NCBI GenBank assembly: GCA_030867685.1
Contig: JAQOWU010000007.1
Location: forward strand, 496,001-560,000
Direction of reading: 5' to 3'
Length of the DNA: 64,000 nt
DNA from: Wickerhamiella versatilis
Taxonomy: Eukaryota
Below the pieces are notes generated by a model, which made no database searches, was not told the DNA's origin, and saw only the letters and a list, made by a program, of their open reading frames with translations. The translations under genes and the position numbers were made by a program. Below, piece after piece: positions 1 to 12,182 of this stretch. Numbering within the stretch: the stretch's first letter is position 1; each line of letters starts with the position of its first letter.

Positions 1-333
1 GGTGATCAAATACAGCAAATTTCTTCGATAGTCCATGAAATGGGAGATTATCTTGCTGGTATTGCTTCCAAAATCGATAATATGACGGAAACCCATTCCA
101 CGCGAAATGGTCCCTTATCTGACTATATCAACTTTGGTAGCAGATTTATGACAATGCAAGCGACGTCTTGTCGTCGATTTGAGCAAGCATGTCCGCACAG
201 CTCTCAGACTTGTGACGATGACACGCCGTTGAAGCTTCATGAAACCCTTATTGAAGAAGTCGTTAAACTTGAGCATCAACTCTCTAAAGAATTTGCAGAA
301 TCTACCGCCTCTACCACTTTCAATGCACCATAG
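1..333 (+). CDS. 3' end of a hypothetical protein, truncated by the window start
   Basis: Frame 1 is open from base 1 (GDQIQQISSIVHEMGDY...) to TAG at 331-333; no recognisable motif. Confidence 0.5.
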   Translation, partial: GDQIQQISSIVHEMGDYLAGIASKIDNMTETHSTRNGPLSDYINFGSRFMTMQATSCRRFEQACPHSSQTCDDDTPLKLHETLIEEVVKLEHQLSKEFAESTASTTFNAP

Positions 334-447
334 CATACTATCTGGGATAGGTTTAGTAGGACTTTGAGCGCTACGCCGCGTTCGTATTGTCACATCAAGG
401 ACTAAGCTAATAAGTTATTTCTGGATTTAAGATACTTAGTGACATAA

Positions 448-2148
448 CTACAAGTCACGAATATTTACCATGTCCAGATCTCCTTTCTCCTCCTTAAGAT
501 TACGGAAAAACCAACCTTCAGATGTTCCATTCCTATCATTGTACACTTGCGAACCCTCGTTCCATTCAAGAGGATCACAGGGTGCTTTCGCTCGAATTTG
601 CCTAATTCTCTCGATAATCCAACCAGAAGTCACGTCTCCATCAAAGTCTTTGTGGTATCGGTTCTGGGCCCTACCTCTCTGCACACCTTTCGTGTGTAGG
701 TCACATGACCCTACTTTGAACCTCCAGCCTAAGCATTCGTCAAGGTTTTCGCAAGCTTTGCGACAGTCTGACTTCGAGGCATGAGGCGCAAGGTCATCTC
801 GATGTTCCTTAATCGTTATATCACCTTCGCCAATATCCCAGCCAGAGCGCGACTCCATGAGGTAAGGCAGAATAAAATCCCTATACCAGTCATACTCAAG
901 AACCATACCCGGTGACATCATTTGATCCCATTCCCATAGGATTTCTACATCATGAGGGCCAAGAGAATGAAAGCTAATTAGTGGTTCACACCAGGTACTT
1001 CGATACACTTGTGTTCTGTATGGTTGATTTCCTTGAAATGGACTAAAAGGATTTTCATTCAACGGATGGAAATGAGGTAAAAGCTTCTGTTTTTCCCGGA
1101 ATTCCCCAACATCGTGAATTTCAGTATCAAGAGAATCCAACACAGTCGATGTTTCTTCATAAATTATATATCCCATCATGGCATCACCGCAACATTCATC
1201 GTAATACTTATTTAGATAGTGATCAATCATCTCGGCCTTGTCTCGGCCCGCGAACAGAGCATCAGCGAGCCCTCGACTAACAACAACGCCACTACCACCA
1301 TGGCCAAACCATAGACCTGTATCTTGGTAAAATCCTTTAGCAGGGTTTCCCAAATACAGTTTTTCCTTGGGGTCATACTGCTTCAAGAATTCCAAGAGAG
1401 AACCACCCAGCAAATAGCTGTCTGCATCCATGAAAAGGAACCATTCTGTATCATCAGACGCATGCTCGTACGCATGGGCTAGCATAGGAAAATTTTTAAA
1501 CTTATCCATGGCCCAACCTTCATTGGTATCCAGGTCAGCGACGTCCCAACCCCATGCCTCGCTCTGCATCTGCTGCACTAGCTGATGCTGTTTCAAATTC
1601 TCGCTTTTTAACAAATCTGGCGGAAGAGTAGCAAGGATATCAATTACTTCATGACCTCCGATCATTCCCGATTTATCACTATATAGAGCGAACTGAGAAA
1701 AATGAGTTAAAGTGGTCCACAAATGTATCGGTAAACGGTCCCACATAACGTTTCCGCCAGTTTTGATCATAACAAAGGTTTTTGACGCAGATTCATCAGG
1801 ATAGTCAGCCGTGATTGGCCTCGAGATCTCTCCAGGAATAGCTGGCACTCTCCACAGAGGGCCTTCTGGAAGTCTTCGTTGATCACGCCAAATCTCAGCA
1901 CTTTCGAAACGCTTTCGAGTCTCCTCATCGGGAAATGCCCTTGATATAGGAGGCAGGGGTTTTTGATGCTTTCCGTTGGCGTGGCCATCCGGTGGTGGTG
2001 GTGGAGGCCGCTGCGAGAGTCGCCAGTGATGGGGTGCCGGCCAACCTGGACCTTTATCTGGTGGACTAAACAGCCAGAAGAGCATAACAGTGAAAATACA
2101 AGTTGCACAACACGCTGTGAGAGCGCGCGAGCGTAGGATTCCGTCCAT
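448..2148 (-). CDS. Glycosyltransferase family 31 (Fringe/C1GalT-like), type II membrane protein
   Basis: N-terminal TM helix and Pro-rich stem; MIKTG, GWAMDKFKN, DxD motif (FMDADSY), LYLG, GHGGSGVVVS, CCGD; Cys-rich PAN-like C-terminus. Confidence 0.85.
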   Translation of the reverse strand: MDGILRSRALTACCATCIFTVMLFWLFSPPDKGPGWPAPHHWRLSQRPPPPPPDGHANGKHQKPLPPISRAFPDEETRKRFESAEIWRDQRRLPEGPLWRVPAIPGEISRPITADYPDESASKTFVMIKTGGNVMWDRLPIHLWTTLTHFSQFALYSDKSGMIGGHEVIDILATLPPDLLKSENLKQHQLVQQMQSEAWGWDVADLDTNEGWAMDKFKNFPMLAHAYEHASDDTEWFLFMDADSYLLGGSLLEFLKQYDPKEKLYLGNPAKGFYQDTGLWFGHGGSGVVVSRGLADALFAGRDKAEMIDHYLNKYYDECCGDAMMGYIIYEETSTVLDSLDTEIHDVGEFREKQKLLPHFHPLNENPFSPFQGNQPYRTQVYRSTWCEPLISFHSLGPHDVEILWEWDQMMSPGMVLEYDWYRDFILPYLMESRSGWDIGEGDITIKEHRDDLAPHASKSDCRKACENLDECLGWRFKVGSCDLHTKGVQRGRAQNRYHKDFDGDVTSGWIIERIRQIRAKAPCDPLEWNEGSQVYNDRNGTSEGWFFRNLKEEKGDLDMVNIRDL

Positions 2149-3016
2149 TTAGGCTATTCTTTCGATAGTCCTCACAGCCCAGCGATTATGTCTTCGATTA
2201 CTAACAGTTGAAATGAGCCTACTTCGAAGATGTTTCGGAGAACGGTATCAGATTAAACGATACAGTGCATGTGGTAACTTAACACGTAACACCTTATTTT
2301 CTTTTTCTTTTTGCTAGTTTGTAGTTTTCTATGCTTGAAGTATAATTCCTCTAAGTTGCAAAGTAATGAGATGGCGTCTTCACCGGAAATCAGGGGTGGT
2401 GCACACGTGAAAAGAGAGACGGTCAACTAATAGGCCTGCCGTCCATTTCGCCATATAATTTATCGGGAAATGATGCTACCAATTACTTAGAACACTAATA
2501 TTGAACATTCGGGTGATAGTTTAGCGCGACATATCAGATGTTCTATTTTTTATTGTACATATATCCCTTTAATGTGAGGTAAGAGGGTAAGGGAGATGAC
2601 ACTGTCTACTGTGGTCTACAATCTATGATTTTCAAAAATTATACTTCCTTTACAATCCCTGCTATTTTCACACTCTAAACAAAATAGCTTGTTCATTCCG
2701 AAAGTTCTCTGCCTCCCATGAATAGCACAGTCACCCTGCTCTAAATACAGAAACAATCAATCAGAAACTATGTTTAACTACCAATAAGATGATTTTATAA
2801 CTATTCTGAACAGGTCTGACATCTTTCTTTTCCTCAAGTTGAAAAAAGGGCTTAATAAATCAGGCAATGATATCTGCTAAAAAAGGAACACAGGAAATAG
2901 ATTTGAGCTCGCGTATCAATAATTGCTCTGCCAATAATTATGACGCATGAGCTATATCCTAAATATTGACCACTAGAGAAAGCTAAATGGGGTCTACTTT
3001 ATGTCTTCCCCTGTAT

Positions 3017-3041
3017 TCGCGTCATTATCGACGCGTCGCGT
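3017..3041. promoter_or_regulatory. Cluster of MCB/SCB-like CGCG elements
   Basis: TCGCGT (3017), ACGCGT (3031) and TCGCGT (3036), about 130 bp upstream of the cell-wall protein ATG. Confidence 0.45.
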
Positions 3042-3106
3042 CACCCACCAACCCTGGCATGGTGGCTCCCATCCCGATTTGTCATTAAGGAGATATATTC
3101 ATATTA

Positions 3107-3123
3107 ATATATATATATATATA
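3107..3123. repeat. (AT)n microsatellite / TATA-like tract
   Basis: ATATATATATATATATA about 40 bp upstream of ATG 3163. Confidence 0.8.
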
Positions 3124-3162
3124 GATGTGGGCTATTGTCATCTTCTTTATACTTGAGGGTTA

Positions 3163-3594
3163 ATGATCGTCCCCATCATTCTATCTCTGTTTTCGAGCTC
3201 CCTGGCGTCTGAGTGGAATTCCACTTCTGCTGCCGCCTCTGGACCTGCCGCTATTGTAACAAGTAACGGCACCACGGTTACTGCCGGATATACCACTTTT
3301 GTCACCTACTGCCCCTCTCCTACAACTTTCACTCATCAGTCGAAGACTTATACTGTTTCACAGCCCACCACTCTGACATTGACTGAGTGTGGCTGCACGG
3401 AGACTTCGGGAGAATCGGCACTTCCTGCGACATCAGCAGCAGAGTCCGCCGTGCCTACGTCTTCGGTGGCTGGATCAAGTAAAGGATCTAATTCATCGAT
3501 TGCACCAACTTCTGCTGCTGCTGAAGCTAATGTAGCTGCCACTAATAGTATTGCAGCTGCTGGTATTCTTGCAGCTGTCGCATATCTGTTTTAA
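3163..3594 (+). CDS. Small GPI-anchored cell-wall mannoprotein (Sed1/Ccw12/Ccg-6-like)
   Basis: Signal peptide; [13 protein letters not shown]...[16 protein letters not shown] module; Ser/Thr/Ala-rich; hydrophobic GPI-type C-terminus (EANVAA...[10 protein letters not shown]). Confidence 0.85.
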   Translation: MIVPIILSLFSSSLASEWNSTSAAASGPAAIVTSNGTTVTAGYTTFVTYCPSPTTFTHQSKTYTVSQPTTLTLTECGCTETSGESALPATSAAESAVPTSSVAGSSKGSNSSIAPTSAAAEANVAATNSIAAAGILAAVAYLF

Positions 3595-4109
3595 GTTTAC
3601 TTCCAATAATCGTTTGATTCATATTTTAATTGTGACTCTGATGAGTGTTATTAAATCCTATATTGTTATATAGAAATGATTTGACAAAATCTCTATCGTG
3701 TCGTAATAACAATGAAAGACGCATTCACTTTATTATACTTTAAATACACAGCTAATGCCGAAAAAAAGGATTGATAGGACCTATAAATGCTTTGAGTTCT
3801 TAAGTGAGGAGCCAATTACTGCCTGTCTGTCACTAAGTTTGTCTTGGCCAGAGAATCAGCACCAAAATACTATCAAATCAGGTAGAATAATTGAGCATAA
3901 TGATGGATATATGTGCTAGGTTAGACATGTGTATAAAGGGCGGCTAACATATAGTATGACAACCGCCTGTATTCTTAAACTTATCATTCGAGGTCCTCCT
4001 CAAAAATCATTAGATGTAATTGAATCTTTGGAAAAAAATACAAAGCAGCCAGTAAGCCATTGATTCATAACTGTTTGCTCATATACTGATGGCCACCAAA
4101 TTATGTTAG

Positions 4110-5060
<951 letters not shown>

Positions 5061-5131
5061 AGAGTTAATCTGCTTAAATAGAGACTAAGATAGTTCATTA
5101 GAAAGGCGTAATTTCACCACCAACCAGGGCA

Positions 5132-6625
5132 CTAGGAGGATGGCTTATTAGTCGCGAGACATGTTGCATGGAAAAATTTATTTTCCTGCTCGACACAGTT
5201 TGTCCAAACCCACTCTTCAGCATCTTCAGACCATGCCTCGGCGAAAAGTTCGTGGCATATTCCACATGCCACATCACCGTCACTCATTATTGGAACATAT
5301 TTCTTTCGCTCAGCGTCTAAATCGATGACATTGTTTTTCACATCATCATTTTCTTGACCTTGATCTTGGGCCTCAGTAATGTCGTCTTCGCGGTATTCAA
5401 CCCATTTATCCACACTTAAGAACCAGCACCTATTACGAGAATGTCCATCCCGAAGTACTTTGTTGACACGAAAGTGCATGTCAAGCTCAGCTTGCTCCTC
5501 CTCACGGCCCTTAGCATCGTCAGGAAATCGTCGCGCACAATGAGAGCACTGTAATGGCTGCTCAGCGTATAAAAGCGAGATTACTAGGTCTGAAGCAGGA
5601 GCATTATCTATAGATTCCTGATTGAGGTCGGGTATTTCTGTTTCAACAGTCTTTTGTCTTAGCTGTCCATTTATACTTGCCGCAAGCTGCGTAAAGTCAA
5701 TCTGGGGCGTCTCTGGAGGTGAAGCGGATTGAGGCTGTGCATTATCAGATACGTCTATTCTGCTCGGTTCATCTGCTTCAGGTTCAGCATGATGCTTTTG
5801 CTGAGTTGCTTGGTGCTTCGGTTTACCCAAAGGAACATTGTTGGTCCCAGTAAGCCCGCCACTTGCCCCTCCCTTTCGATTATTCTGACCTCCTCCAGTT
5901 CGCCGCTGCTTATTACCCTTCTTGTTATTAGGAACTCTCGAGGAGTAGGCTGCACGATGCTTGATCCGTTCAATCTCTCCCAGTATTTCTGGAAATGTCT
6001 TTGGGTCGACGCTTGGACCCGAGACCCGCTCCAGTAGGCGCATCAGGGCTGCAACATTTGTGTCCTGTTCTGGGTTCGGATTTTCTCCACCAACACTGCG
6101 TATCGCCCTGTTTATTTCTACCATCATGGAAGATTGGTTCATTGGCTTTGAAGCTACGGGAGGCGGTGCAGTTACAGGCACGGTGCCTACAGGAGGCGCC
6201 GCACCAGGGACTTGCTGTAATATAAAGTTATCAATATTTCGCAGAACATCATAAGGAAAAAGAGTTGAGCCCACTGGCGGCTGAGGCATAGTCCAAGTAC
6301 GAAAAAGCTCGACAAGTCTACCCTTAGTTTGGTCGCGAACCATACCGAATGTTGCAATAAAAAGACTAGCGACCCGTGGCGCAAATAGGCGTACATATGG
6401 CTCAGGCTGTCTCTTACACACTGAATCGAGCAGATATAGACATGGAAGTCGAAGCGGCGGTGGACATGTTCGTGCATGCTGGTCAATGGCATCAACAATA
6501 GCAGGAGCAAATCCTACATACTCGCTGGCAATATCCGTGAGACTGGATATAATAGGTCTCGATGCAGTCGTTAGCTCCTGTAAAGATTCCAAGTAATCCT
6601 CACGGACTTCAGTGGCTTCATCCAT
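5132..6625 (-). CDS. PCF11: mRNA 3'-end cleavage factor Pcf11
   Basis: N-terminal CID domain (LQELT..SRPIISSLT, LYLLDSVCK); C-terminal zinc fingers (QCSHCARRF..LDMHFRVN, CGICHE.F...EEWVW..C..FHATC). Confidence 0.9.
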   Translation of the reverse strand: MDEATEVREDYLESLQELTTASRPIISSLTDIASEYVGFAPAIVDAIDQHARTCPPPLRLPCLYLLDSVCKRQPEPYVRLFAPRVASLFIATFGMVRDQTKGRLVELFRTWTMPQPPVGSTLFPYDVLRNIDNFILQQVPGAAPPVGTVPVTAPPPVASKPMNQSSMMVEINRAIRSVGGENPNPEQDTNVAALMRLLERVSGPSVDPKTFPEILGEIERIKHRAAYSSRVPNNKKGNKQRRTGGGQNNRKGGASGGLTGTNNVPLGKPKHQATQQKHHAEPEADEPSRIDVSDNAQPQSASPPETPQIDFTQLAASINGQLRQKTVETEIPDLNQESIDNAPASDLVISLLYAEQPLQCSHCARRFPDDAKGREEEQAELDMHFRVNKVLRDGHSRNRCWFLSVDKWVEYREDDITEAQDQGQENDDVKNNVIDLDAERKKYVPIMSDGDVACGICHELFAEAWSEDAEEWVWTNCVEQENKFFHATCLATNKPSS

Positions 6626-7016
6626 ATAAGTATGGCTAGTCTGCTCACTAGTATGTCAGCAAGAGGAGTACTTTGCCCACACCCATAATTTAACCACTGG
6701 ACTTGTGCAAATGCTTCCAAAGTTTAGATGGACTTTTTTTTTGTCTTGAATCATTAAGGGTACGTACCGATACTGATAGGCAGCATAGATTTCTCAAAAA
6801 AAAAGGAAGAATATACTACTTTTTTCACAATTTGCATGTAAAAAAACAGCATTTGGCACTACCCAGAAATACCAGAACCTTCTCATAATCAATTTATTAG
6901 GCTATTATATTTACATTAAAGCTTGCTCTTTATTATTTACTCTAGTAGTTTCTTCCAACTTTCGTGACCTTTCACATAACTTTTGCTTATAAATATTTTT
7001 TCACTATCAAGAAAAA

Positions 7017-7922
7017 ATGGCTCCAACCCTCACGGCGGATAGCAAACAAAGTGGTAAGGCCCGTATTCTTGGGTCTGCCACTGCAGCTGTTGCTGAACTT
7101 GGTATTTTCCACCCTGTGGATACAATCTCAAAAAGGTTGATGAGCAACCATACCAGAGTGACTTCACTAAGCCAACTCAATTCTGTGATATTTAAGTCGG
7201 CTGCCGACAAGCCTCTTACCACTAGACTTCTTACGCTATTTCCAGGGCTGGGATATGCTGCTGGATACAAGGTCCTCCAACGTGTTTATAAGTACGGTGG
7301 TCAACCCGTGGCTAACGATCTGCTTACGGCAAACTTTGCACATACATATGATCAATTGTTTGGACCCCGAACTGGTAAGGCAATGCTTTCGGCGACTGCT
7401 GGATCAATGATTGGTATTGGGGAAATTGTGCTGTTGCCTTTGGACGTTCTGAAGATTAAGCGCCAGACGAACCCAGAAGCTTTCCGTGGCCGTGGTTTTA
7501 TCCGTATCATCCGTGATGAGGGCTTTGGTCTATATCGTGGCTGGGGTTGGACTGCTGCACGTAACGCACCTGGCTCCTTTAGTTTGTTTGGCGGATCAGC
7601 GTTCGCCAAAGAATACGTTTTGGGTCTTGAGGACTATTCTAAAGCAACGTGGGGTCAAAATTTTGTTGCGTCAATTTTTGGAGCATCCGCATCGCTCATT
7701 GTATCAGCTCCGCTGGATGTGATTAAGACCCGTATTCAGAATCGTAACTTCGATAATCCCGAGTCGGGTTTCAAAATCCTGAAAAATATGGCAAAGAACG
7801 AAGGAATTACATCATTCTTCAAGGGACTTATGCCAAAATTGTTGACCACAGGACCAAAACTGGTCTTTAGTTTCGCGCTGGCTCAATCTTTGATTCCTGC
7901 CTTTGACCGCTTGCTCAAATAG
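7017..7922 (+). CDS. GGC1: Mitochondrial GTP/GDP carrier
   Basis: Three carrier signatures (HPVDTISKRL, LPLDVLKIKRQ, APLDVIKTRIQ); GYKVLQRVYKYGGQP typical of Ggc1/Yhm1. Confidence 0.95.
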   Translation: MAPTLTADSKQSGKARILGSATAAVAELGIFHPVDTISKRLMSNHTRVTSLSQLNSVIFKSAADKPLTTRLLTLFPGLGYAAGYKVLQRVYKYGGQPVANDLLTANFAHTYDQLFGPRTGKAMLSATAGSMIGIGEIVLLPLDVLKIKRQTNPEAFRGRGFIRIIRDEGFGLYRGWGWTAARNAPGSFSLFGGSAFAKEYVLGLEDYSKATWGQNFVASIFGASASLIVSAPLDVIKTRIQNRNFDNPESGFKILKNMAKNEGITSFFKGLMPKLLTTGPKLVFSFALAQSLIPAFDRLLK

Positions 7923-8085
7923 GAGGCTGCTGGCTAGAAGAAGCTAAGTTCATATTTAGTAGCAGCATATAAAAGAGGGATCTTCTACTATATATATAGA
8001 TAACTACAGATTATGGAGTTATACAGGTGGTCGAATTTATATTATAATGCTGACACAAATTTTATTTCAGCGACTTACTTCTACA

Positions 8086-9342
8086 ATGGGTGCAGAAGTA
8101 GGTGAGGTCAAAAATCTCGTAGACGAGCTGAACGTTACGTCGGAAGAGGAGGATTCGGAAAAAGTTGTTGCGAATGGACATGGTAATGAGGCTGGGAGCT
8201 CTGAGAAGAAAAAGAAGAAGAAGAAGAAGAGTGGGAATAAGAAGAAGAAGCGGACTCAGACAGAGCCCCCTACCGTCGGCCTTTCAAAGATTTTTACGAG
8301 CCAAAAGTATCCTCCTGGCGAGGAATGTAACTACAACTTGAAACGTACCACTGATGAGGAACTTCGAGCTGAGCAACGTGAAAAGGAGATGGAGGGTATT
8401 GTGAATGACCTCCGTAAAGGTGCTGAGGTACACCGAGAAACTCGTTACTATGCGCAGAAGCATATCAAGCCTGGTATGAGCATGACCTCTATTGCCGAAA
8501 TGATTGAAGGTAGCGTGCAAAAGCTTGCTGAGGGTAAAACGTGGCTAGAGGCTGGCACTGGATTCCCCACAGGACTGTCAGTCAATGACTGCGCAGCTCA
8601 CTGGACTCCAAACAAAGGTGATAAAACGGTGCTAAAAGATAGCGATGTTATGAAAGTGGACTTCGGGGTACATGTAAATGGTCGCATTATTGACAGTGCC
8701 TTCACCATGACTTTTGACCAAAAGTACGACCCCTTGTTGGAAGCCGTTAGGGCCGCAACAAATACCGGTATAAAAGAAGCTGGTATAGACGCAAGACTGG
8801 GTGAAATTGGTGGAGCGATCCAGGAGGTGATGGAGTCTCATGAGATTGAGTTAGAGGGAAGAACATATCCCATTAGAGCAATTCGAAACCTGAACGGCCA
8901 TAACATTTCACAATATCAAATACATGGTGGAAAGAGTGTCCCGATTGTTGCCACCGAGGATAACACTAAGATGGAAGAGGGTGAGGTCTTCGCAATCGAA
9001 ACTTTTGGTTCCACAGGAAGAGGACTCGTATTGAACCAAGGAGAGGTATCACATTATGCAAAACTTCCAGGTACCCATCCAACGCTCCGCTTGGCATCTG
9101 CTCGTCATCTCCTAGGAAAGATTGACAAAGTATTTGGCACCCTGCCATTCTGTCGCCGATACCTCGACCAGATAGGAGAAGATAAATACTTATTAGCGCT
9201 CAACCAGCTAGTGAAAGCTGGTGCTGTGCAAGATTACCCTCCACTTATGGATACGAGAGGATGCTATACAGCACAGTATGAGCACACTCTCATCCTTAGG
9301 CCTACGGCAAAAGAAGTCTTGAGTCGTGGTGACGATTTTTAA
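8086..9342 (+). CDS. MAP2: Methionine aminopeptidase 2
   Basis: Poly-Lys N-terminus, [49 protein letters not shown] 8086 preferred over 8047. Confidence 0.96.
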   Translation: MGAEVGEVKNLVDELNVTSEEEDSEKVVANGHGNEAGSSEKKKKKKKKSGNKKKKRTQTEPPTVGLSKIFTSQKYPPGEECNYNLKRTTDEELRAEQREKEMEGIVNDLRKGAEVHRETRYYAQKHIKPGMSMTSIAEMIEGSVQKLAEGKTWLEAGTGFPTGLSVNDCAAHWTPNKGDKTVLKDSDVMKVDFGVHVNGRIIDSAFTMTFDQKYDPLLEAVRAATNTGIKEAGIDARLGEIGGAIQEVMESHEIELEGRTYPIRAIRNLNGHNISQYQIHGGKSVPIVATEDNTKMEEGEVFAIETFGSTGRGLVLNQGEVSHYAKLPGTHPTLRLASARHLLGKIDKVFGTLPFCRRYLDQIGEDKYLLALNQLVKAGAVQDYPPLMDTRGCYTAQYEHTLILRPTAKEVLSRGDDF

Positions 9343-9548
9343 CTTAAGATTCCTGCGATATTTGGATTTCTCGCTAGTAGTGTAATGTTTGGAGTTGATA
9401 TACTCTGAAGAGACATCTTTTGATGTATTTGAGCGCTTAGCTTATTGGCTCTATGAAATTACTAGATGTAGCAGGATACCAAACCTGTCAATAAAACATA
9501 GGTACTTAGTACAATCCGCTGCATACTGACTTATTTTTGAAAGAAAAA

Positions 9549-9881
9549 ATGTTTTCTTGTCCGTGCTCTGCTCTTAAGATATATGCAGTAAATATACCGG
9601 CAATACTTGTTTGGCTTCCGGCAATCATAGCTTGCTGGGTCACAATATCACCAGTGTGGAACTTGGTTGTCTTCGCGATATCAGCAATACTTTCGTCCGT
9701 TGTCTATCTGGTCATTGCCTCCTGGTTTCATTCAGCACATCAAGATATTACCTTGGGAAGTAATGAGAAAACATTTCCCAAAAGCATACGTAAAACAACC
9801 ACTATCGTATTCACGCTAATAAATATCATCTATACGTCTGCTATTATTCTAGTAATCATAGGTGTAGAAAAAAAACATTGA
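9549..9881 (+). CDS. Small hypothetical membrane protein (about 3 TM segments)
   Basis: 110-codon ORF from the first ATG with three long hydrophobic stretches and a basic C-terminus; no family recognised. Confidence 0.45.
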   Translation: MFSCPCSALKIYAVNIPAILVWLPAIIACWVTISPVWNLVVFAISAILSSVVYLVIASWFHSAHQDITLGSNEKTFPKSIRKTTTIVFTLINIIYTSAIILVIIGVEKKH

Positions 9882-10168
9882 ATTTTCGTTATAAATACTA
9901 TATTGAGCCTTTTGAGCAGCTGATGTACTTCATCGACTGCTTTTTTGTATCAACCGAATAATGTAACGGAACTTTCGCAAATCATTAAGGGATGCTGGAT
10001 ATATACCCTGACAAGTCAAAATACAGAGCTTTACTGGCTGGGCAAGGGGTTATAAGCATATTCTGGTGTTCGTTACAGATCCTGTTGAGAGCAACCCAGT
10101 TATGCATTGAGAGGCAAAAATCTGGAGACATTTAGAAGGAAGATACATTTTGAATTTTGATTTCACAT

Positions 10169-10870
10169 ATGGAAGTGGCATACGAAGGAGGGGCCAATAT
10201 ACTTTACCGCATGGAAAATGGTCAGTTGCTTAGAGTGTCTAAACACGGAAAACGTCCTCGAGAAATATTGAGTGAGTGGAACATGTGGAGAAATACTACA
10301 ATAGGCATGTATATTCCCGAACTCAGTATTAATGGGGATGGCGTAGTGCTTGATGAACTAAGTCCGTTAGTCGCAAGCTTTAAACCCAAGTGGCTGCTGC
10401 AAAGTCCAGATGCACCTTCGGATGCTCTTCAGTGCCGTACATGCGCGATAAGGAGTCTACGCGGCCAACCCCAATTTGGGTGTCCCCTTGATCTTTGCGA
10501 TCCAGAAACCTTACCTTTTGTTCTTGAATCCATGGGATGCGGCCCTCCAACCTACGAGGTCATCGTAAAATCACAAATTATAGCCAAAATTCAAAGTCTA
10601 CAAAGTCGCTTGGAGTGTTCTGCATTTGAGGAGCCCATATCTCCTAACCTTCTTAAATGCATGTGTCTTAGGGATTGTACCATACTCATTGAGTCTTCAG
10701 GCCGGATAGCCTTAGTTGATCTAGACTCGAAAGAGGAAGGGAAGGTTCGTAAATGGCGAGAGCTCGAACAAAACTTGCAGTCTATTTACAAGAATCCCAA
10801 CCCTGTCTGTCGGATATCAAGAAATAGATCACTGACGGTGATTGGCATTAAGGAAGAAGAGAGTAAGTGA
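10169..10870 (+). CDS. IPK1: Inositol-pentakisphosphate 2-kinase (compact)
   Basis: EGGANILY, KPKWLLQSP, CRTCA, CPLDL, LRDCTI, VDLDSK motifs; first ATG at 10169. Confidence 0.85.
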   Translation: MEVAYEGGANILYRMENGQLLRVSKHGKRPREILSEWNMWRNTTIGMYIPELSINGDGVVLDELSPLVASFKPKWLLQSPDAPSDALQCRTCAIRSLRGQPQFGCPLDLCDPETLPFVLESMGCGPPTYEVIVKSQIIAKIQSLQSRLECSAFEEPISPNLLKCMCLRDCTILIESSGRIALVDLDSKEEGKVRKWRELEQNLQSIYKNPNPVCRISRNRSLTVIGIKEEESK

Positions 10871-10952
10871 CAAACATTTTTTAGAAAGATATCATATGTT
10901 TGTAGGTAGCTTTGACGATATACGGTTTAATACCATAGAGATATGGCATATC

Positions 10953-11837
10953 TCAAAATACAGTAAGCTCACCAGTCAGAACTACATCGCCTTTATCGTT
11001 CTGTATCCACATTTGATACAAGTCCTGCGTAACTCTTGTAGCACAAAGTGTTGCCATTTGGTCAACAAATAATGGAGCAACGTTCCTGTATTCAAAGTTT
11101 TGAATATTTCTACTGGACCCTTTTAATATACATCCAGAAAACCAGCGCAGTAAAAGAGTAACCATCAAAGGGCCCTGAGCAATGGTACAAGGCAGATGCT
11201 CCTTACTTGCATAGGAGGAATCAAAATGTATTCGATGACAATTAAATGTTAACGAGCTGTATCGTAATATTAGAAGCTGTGATATGCGTAAATCCTGAGA
11301 GAAGTCTGGCTTAAACTCAGCCTTGCGATGCTTTTCTAATTGTGTTTTCAGTAACTCGGAATTCTCTTTCAGGTATAGCAAAGACCTTTGCTCGCGTACA
11401 CTCCATTCTTGCCCAATAGACCCAAGTTCACGTATTATTGAGACTATGGCATGCTTATTGCGTTGCTTCATCTGTGATATCCTTTCCACGCATTGAGCAG
11501 GCTTCCCAAGAAGAAATGGTGTGGTGGTACTGAACTCCACTGTACCTCCCAACCAACGCCTTATAGGATATCCACTAGGCGCTTGACTATTATCATAACC
11601 ATCGGCACCAAGATCATACTCGTTAAAGTAGTGATTCAAATATCCAAGAAAATATCCTGGTGGGACAACATCACCACGAGAGAAGCTTTTCACGGACATG
11701 TTTAATGGGGGAGCAATGGTAATATCTAGCTTTTGTGCATGAGTTATACTCATATCATCAAAAAGTGAAAGTGGATCACAATTTTTAAGGCTAAAATTTC
11801 GGGGTCTGTTTGGTATGATGCCGGACCGTCTCAACAT
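10953..11837 (-). CDS. HTD2: Mitochondrial 3-hydroxyacyl-thioester dehydratase (double hot-dog fold)
   Basis: LGADGYD, RRWLGG, RYSSLTFNCHRIHFD..YA, QGPL, FEYRNVAPLF; presequence-like MLRRSGIIPNRPRNFS from ATG 11837 (ORF also open from 11900). Confidence 0.85.
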   Translation of the reverse strand: MLRRSGIIPNRPRNFSLKNCDPLSLFDDMSITHAQKLDITIAPPLNMSVKSFSRGDVVPPGYFLGYLNHYFNEYDLGADGYDNSQAPSGYPIRRWLGGTVEFSTTTPFLLGKPAQCVERISQMKQRNKHAIVSIIRELGSIGQEWSVREQRSLLYLKENSELLKTQLEKHRKAEFKPDFSQDLRISQLLILRYSSLTFNCHRIHFDSSYASKEHLPCTIAQGPLMVTLLLRWFSGCILKGSSRNIQNFEYRNVAPLFVDQMATLCATRVTQDLYQMWIQNDKGDVVLTGELTVF

Positions 11838-12182
11838 GCACCGGGTGGGACGCTGAGTCAAGCAAGTAAGCACTATATTCTCGATAAATTCTCGAACCAT
11901 TTTACTACCTTATAGACATAAATTGTAAGCATCAGTCCGTTACTGCGAACACACCTCATGTATAAGTACTAGTATATATACAAAATGGGCGGAGGCGATT
12001 AGAAATATACAAAAAATCTGATTCAATAGTATCTTCCACTTTACGCTACGACACTGGGTATAATCATATACCATAAATTACTTTATTTTTATAATTTCAA
12101 ACAATGGTGCACTATAGTTAATAACTAGGTCGCAAAATCCATACGATTAATAAGTGGACCACGATCTGGCCACCGGACTTAC

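Noticed and set aside
2199-2207. TACTAACAG branch/acceptor-like motif on the plus strand
   Set aside because: No plausible donor or upstream exon; it lies antisense in the GT31 promoter region.
8027-8070. Possible intron before MAP2 (GCTGAC...TTTCAG)
   Set aside because: The donor is poor (GTGGTC) and splicing to the upstream ATG is out of frame; at most a UTR intron.
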